Shown: positions 59,118-64,000 of the stretch, one piece after another
Position numbering within the stretch: the first letter of the stretch is position 1
Layout: each line of letters begins with the position of its first letter
From: Chrysomallon squamiferum
Lineage: Eukaryota > Animalia > Mollusca
Direction of reading: 5' to 3'
DNA length: 64,000 bases
NCBI GenBank assembly: GCA_012295275.1
Contig: CM022672.1
Span: 6,386,001 to 6,450,000, forward strand
Translations under genes and position numbers: made by a program
The notes under the pieces: generated by a model
What the model was told of the DNA's origin: nothing
What the model saw: only the letters and a program-made list of their open reading frames with translations
The model's database searches: none

Positions 59118-61157
59118 AGCACTTCTGTGATTATTATTATTTTTTTTCTTCCTATTTCAGTGACTTGAAACACAGAAGCATAACAGATCGGCATTTGTTT
59201 GTCAGGTTGGTTTGTCCTGTTTCAGAAATTTGTAGTTGGAAAAAGTTTTTAAAATAAAAACTTTAAAAAAAAAAGAAGTCTTGAAAATGTTTTGAATAAT
59301 GGTGTGGGAGTTAAGACTTTCAGAAAGAAAGTTTAAACTTCTTTAGCAACAAAATAAGAAAACAGTTGCGAACAAGACATTTTTTTTTAATATTAATTTT
59401 TGTCAGTGCTTTGTGAAAATGTGATAAAAATTTCCTGTCTGATGAATGAAAAACAGTTTAGAATTTAGTTCAGATGATTGTGAAGAAATGCAGTTACTGT
59501 AGCAATAATGATACCTTGATCTTTTGTGATTTTTTTTGATTGTATGTTTATATTATTATTATTAATATTTATTTTTTGCATGGGTTTTATAAATATACCG
59601 GTTTATACATAAATGTTCACTGGATATGTCCATAAATCACAGGGATGTGGTTATGGTTGAATTCTTTTCACATATATATATATACTTACAGAATCATTTC
59701 AAGTATGTTCTAATGCTTAAATTTTAATAGCAGATATTTTAACATTTTTAATAATTAAGAAAATAATTATAATATATAATATTGAACATTCTACAACTAC
59801 CAACTAATACTGAGTGTTTATATCACAAACAGAGCAGTTATTATTAAAAAAAAAAAGTAGTAAATAAATAAAAATATAAATAAAAAAAGTACTGAAATTA
59901 GAAGCTTTATTTTTCTGTCTTTAATAAGTCTTGAGAAATAATAAAACGATTTTAAAGAAGGATATTTCAAATATAACTGAAATATTTTTAGTTTTAAAGA
60001 AATTGAAGCAAAAATCTTTGTCTCTTTGCTTAAATCATAAAATTATCTTTTATTTTCAGAATATGCAGAATTGAATTGAATCCTTAATAAAATAAAATAA
60101 AAATGTAGAAAGTCAATGATTTACACAATCATGAAAGTTTATTAATCAGAAATTAATCATTAGAATTAACCAGTGTGTGAAGTATTTGATACAGAGGAAC
60201 CAGAAAGATAAGTTTTTTGTTTGAAATGCTCCTTTTTCCTGTGACATTAACATAAGTCATTTCAGTAAAACTGATGGATGTTACAGGATAATGGTTAGTG
60301 ATTTTTCTAGACAAAATGATCACTGGAACATCAAATAGAGTAATGTTGCTACAAATCTTAGATCAAAATAAAAAATTAAATTGAACATTTTTCTGCATTA
60401 ATGCTTAAGTATATTTTCTAATTTCCTTTAATTGCACACATTCACATCAAGCAATTCTACTGCTGTTGGTTTTATTATTATTATTATTATTTGTTATATA
60501 AATATTTAATCATCAGTTTTTCTGTTTCTTACTTTGTCATCATTTTTTGACACTTCTTCCTCCAAAATTACAGGATTTCAAACTTACATTTGTTTTACTA
60601 TGTAAATATGTTCCTTATGAAAAGAAATATATCCATTAAGATCATTGGGATATTTGACAAATTGAATTATTTTGCATTTTGAAACTTATTGTTTTCACAG
60701 GATTTAATTTTTAGAAAACAATATGATGTTATGAATTTTTTCTTTTCTTGCTTTTTTTGTTTGTACAGGTTTGAAAACATGATTAAACTCTTGTTCAGTG
60801 TTCTGTTGTCTCAAATGCTGAAGCTTTATTCTTATTATTTCAAAGCATCTGGTCATTTTTTGCTTAAGTAAAGTTAGAAACATTTATAAGCATGATTTAT
60901 TTTTTCAGGAGCTGAGGTTATTTTATAAAAGTTTTTTCTTTTTTTTTTTCTTAATTGATGTTTTTCACATCTTTGGTGTACAAATTCTATTTAAATTAAT
61001 TGATTTTTCCAAAATTATAATCATTAATATTAAACTGATACAAACTGTTTATATATTTTGATAGTGACCTCCTAATTTGGTTACAGTATATATATTAATG
61101 CTACTTGTTCAGTTTGACTTTTATATTTTTTATTTTATTATTTTAAATAAATAAATA

Positions 61158-61192
<35 letters not shown>

Positions 61193-62595
61193 ATAATTGC
61201 AGTATGTTTAATTCAATACAAATTTTTCTAGGTCTTAAAACTAAGTACATTAATCTTCATAACAAAGGTAGCTGACACCTTTATTTTGTCAAGTCTAAGT
61301 TTTATTAAATATTTGATATGCTATATGCAAATCTCATCCTTAATAATTACATAATTTTGTTCTGAATCTTTTGTTTCCTGTATATTTGTTTTAGTCTGAA
61401 TTATATTTTTTGGTATTTATACTGAATGTAAAAGTGCAGATGAATTTGTTGTTTAAAAGTTACTCACAGTACATTAAGATTTTCTCTACTTTTTTGCATT
61501 GTATGTGTTATATAAATGTTTAATATTGGCTGTATGGATATTTATGGATTTTACTTTGCTCTTTAACATAAATTACAAATTGCAGCATTAAATCTTCTGT
61601 AAACTAAACTTGGTGGGAATGTGTGCAAGATTTATAACACATACTTTAAAATAAAAATTAAAATAAATAATTAAAATTTTGTCAGTATTATTTGAAAAAT
61701 GCTACCAATTAAAAAAAAAATACCAATTTTGTTGGGTTTTTTTAACCTTATTTATGCCAAATATGGACAATCTATGAAAATCTCCATTTTTATTTAGTTT
61801 ATTAGGAAATATAATATTTTTGTTAGCTCAATGCTGCTGTGAGCAGTGTGTAAACCATGCAAAGAAAAATGTCACATATTGTTAGTTTGCATTAGCTTAT
61901 CTAGAATGTAAACTCGAAGATATGATTTAGTTTACACTGACATCTAAAAAAAAATTACTAACCCTACAAAAAAAAAAAAAAAAAAAAAACTCCTTCTCCA
62001 TAAAATATCAGTTAGAAATTTCAAAATATTTGGGATCATTACATTTGTTTAGAAACAATCTGGTACTTTGAGTAATTTTTAATTTCAATATTCATGCTTG
62101 TTTGAATTGCTAATTCCAAACAATGGTTTAAAATAAATCTTTTGTATTAAATATAATTTTTAAACTTAAAATAATTTTGATACTTGTGTCTGTTTGAGTT
62201 GCTAATCCATGTATATATTTCTGATTTCTGATGTTGACTGTAAATATTTATGTTATACATATTGCTGATAAGTATCTTTTGTGAAATAAAAATATAAATG
62301 TTTGTGAATTTGTTCTTGTTTTTTTTTCTGTTTACATGTTAACAAAATATATTTTGTTTTAATTTCAAATTAAGATTTTGTAATGCCAAAAGATAATATT
62401 TTTGTTTTATCATTTAAACTGAATAAACCTTAGTAAACAAATTATTATTATTTTTTTTGTTTTTACATATTAACCAGTTATTTGGTGTGTCTTTCATAAT
62501 GTTCCAAAATAATAATTTGACTGAAGAAGCAGTGGAAAGCATAGAGAGGAAATAATCCACAAAATAAGTCCGTCCACTGAGCTACATCTAAAATG

Positions 62596-62648
<53 letters not shown>

Positions 62649-62787
62649 GTGATGTGTTGCTTTTCATAGTTTATTTCAAGTTTCTGAAATAATTTTAAAA
62701 TTCACTGTCATAGATCTGGGTTTCAATATTATTATGCACACCGCATTTGGGCCTCGTTTGTAATAAAGAGTTGTCCTTCTTGGCAAA

Positions 62788-63578
62788 ATGGCAGAAGTGA
62801 AAACTAATTTGATGTCACCTGAAAAACCTCTTGACACAGACACACGAGATGCATTGGCAGAAGGGTTAGTTGACCTGTTGAAACCAGCAGTAGATGAAAT
62901 AGATGAAAGAGTGAAATGTGTCAGGTAATTATCTAAAATAAGATACAATTGTTGGTTTCTTGAGAAATGTTGCTCCTCCCTCAGAAATCGAAAGTCACGA
63001 GTTGATTTTTCATTTCTTATGTGACTGTAAATCGGCTAATTTTTAAAATGATTTTAAACTTAATAACATTTTTTTGTATGAAATGTAATCTTAACACATA
63101 TTTAATGAGAAATCTCTTCAATTTTCTAAACACAGTTACTGTGATAGTAATAATCTTGTTTAAATTATTCGATAAAAATGATAAATAAAACATATTAGTA
63201 GTAGGCATGAGCCTTCTGACCTGTGCTAGGTCTAAGCTTTTAGCCAGTTTAGGGTAGATTAAAATATGTTAAGTTATCATACATTTTTTATTTCTTTAAA
63301 CACAAATTTATTTACCTAGACTTACTTTGTGGGTAAAAACACTAGTTCAATTAGTTGTATTAATTATTTAATATATTTTTCAGAGAAGGCCAGTTTGAAC
63401 TAAGACAGCAGATTGACAGTCTTGCAGAAGGTGAACAATTTCTAAAAATGTAATATATGTAAAATCCAGAATAGATAGAGTTGCCATTTAATATTATCCA
63501 GTTCAAAGAAATTACTGTAATATTTGTTCTATTTAAATTATAATGGGAAAATAGTTTTTACAAAAAAGACATTAATTA

Positions 63579-63623
<45 letters not shown>

Positions 63624-63967
63624 TAATAAAAAAAAAAAATAATAATAATAATAATAATAACAAAAAAGGAAAAAAAGTAAAAAAGAAAACCCCCCATTAT
63701 TTTTGCATGATCGTGATTTAGAAATGATAAAAATATTTTATTTAAAAATCAAAATAAATGAATGACAATTATAACCTTTCACATTTCACTAACAGTTAAT
63801 TGAGATAAAACTCATTATAATATTTTAAGATGTTTTTGAACTCTCTAGATTTAAAGAAGATTGCCGCATATGGACAGATGCCTCTAGATTTAGAACCTTA
63901 TGTCAAGAAACTGAACACTTCTCGCAGACGTGTCACTTTAGTCAACAATATTTTACAAAATGTACAG
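62788..63967 (+). CDS. SNAPIN: SNARE-associated protein Snapin (BLOC-1/BORC subunit), first 3 exons, 3' end beyond window
   Basis: Exons 62788-62924, 63384-63430, 63849-63967; GT-AG, in frame: MAEVK...RDALAEGLVDLLKPAVDEIDERVKCVREGQFELRQQIDSLAEDLKKI...PLDLEPYVKKLNTSRRRVTLVNNILQNVQ, matching the Snapin signature. Confidence 0.94.
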
Positions 63968-64000
63968 GTTAGTAAAGAAAATGGATGATCAGTTTATTTT

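Noticed and set aside
59435-59460. Hammerhead-like CTGATGA...GAAA
   Set aside because: No stem II, and no consistent stems I and III around a cleavage triplet.

Overview
AT-rich, microsatellite-dense animal genomic DNA; a mollusc-like invertebrate is my inference, and the species cannot be fixed from sequence. The right 38 kb holds five spliced housekeeping genes, reconstructed by hand with GT-AG introns and consistent reading frames: LSM2 (-, 4 coding exons, 96 aa), PSMB1 (+, 6 exons, 233 aa), EDF1/MBF1 (-, 5 exons, 146 aa), BAG6 (+, 24 coding exons, about 1416 aa) and the first three exons of SNAPIN (+, runs off the window). LSM2/PSMB1 and EDF1/BAG6 are head-to-head pairs. The human orthologues lie in MHC class III, in MHC paralogous regions or elsewhere on chromosome 6, so this may be a remnant of the invertebrate proto-MHC linkage group. 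The left 23 kb has no recognisable gene. It contains simple repeats, two minisatellites, SINE/MITE remnants, CpG-containing islands rich in CRE motifs, a dyad-symmetric CRE-TATA-CRE element, candidate 5' exons of an unidentified minus-strand gene, and a GC-rich island with RNA-like stems. Almost all ORFs in the supplied track are microsatellite artefacts. I cannot confidently claim a new biological system; the best leads are in the findings.
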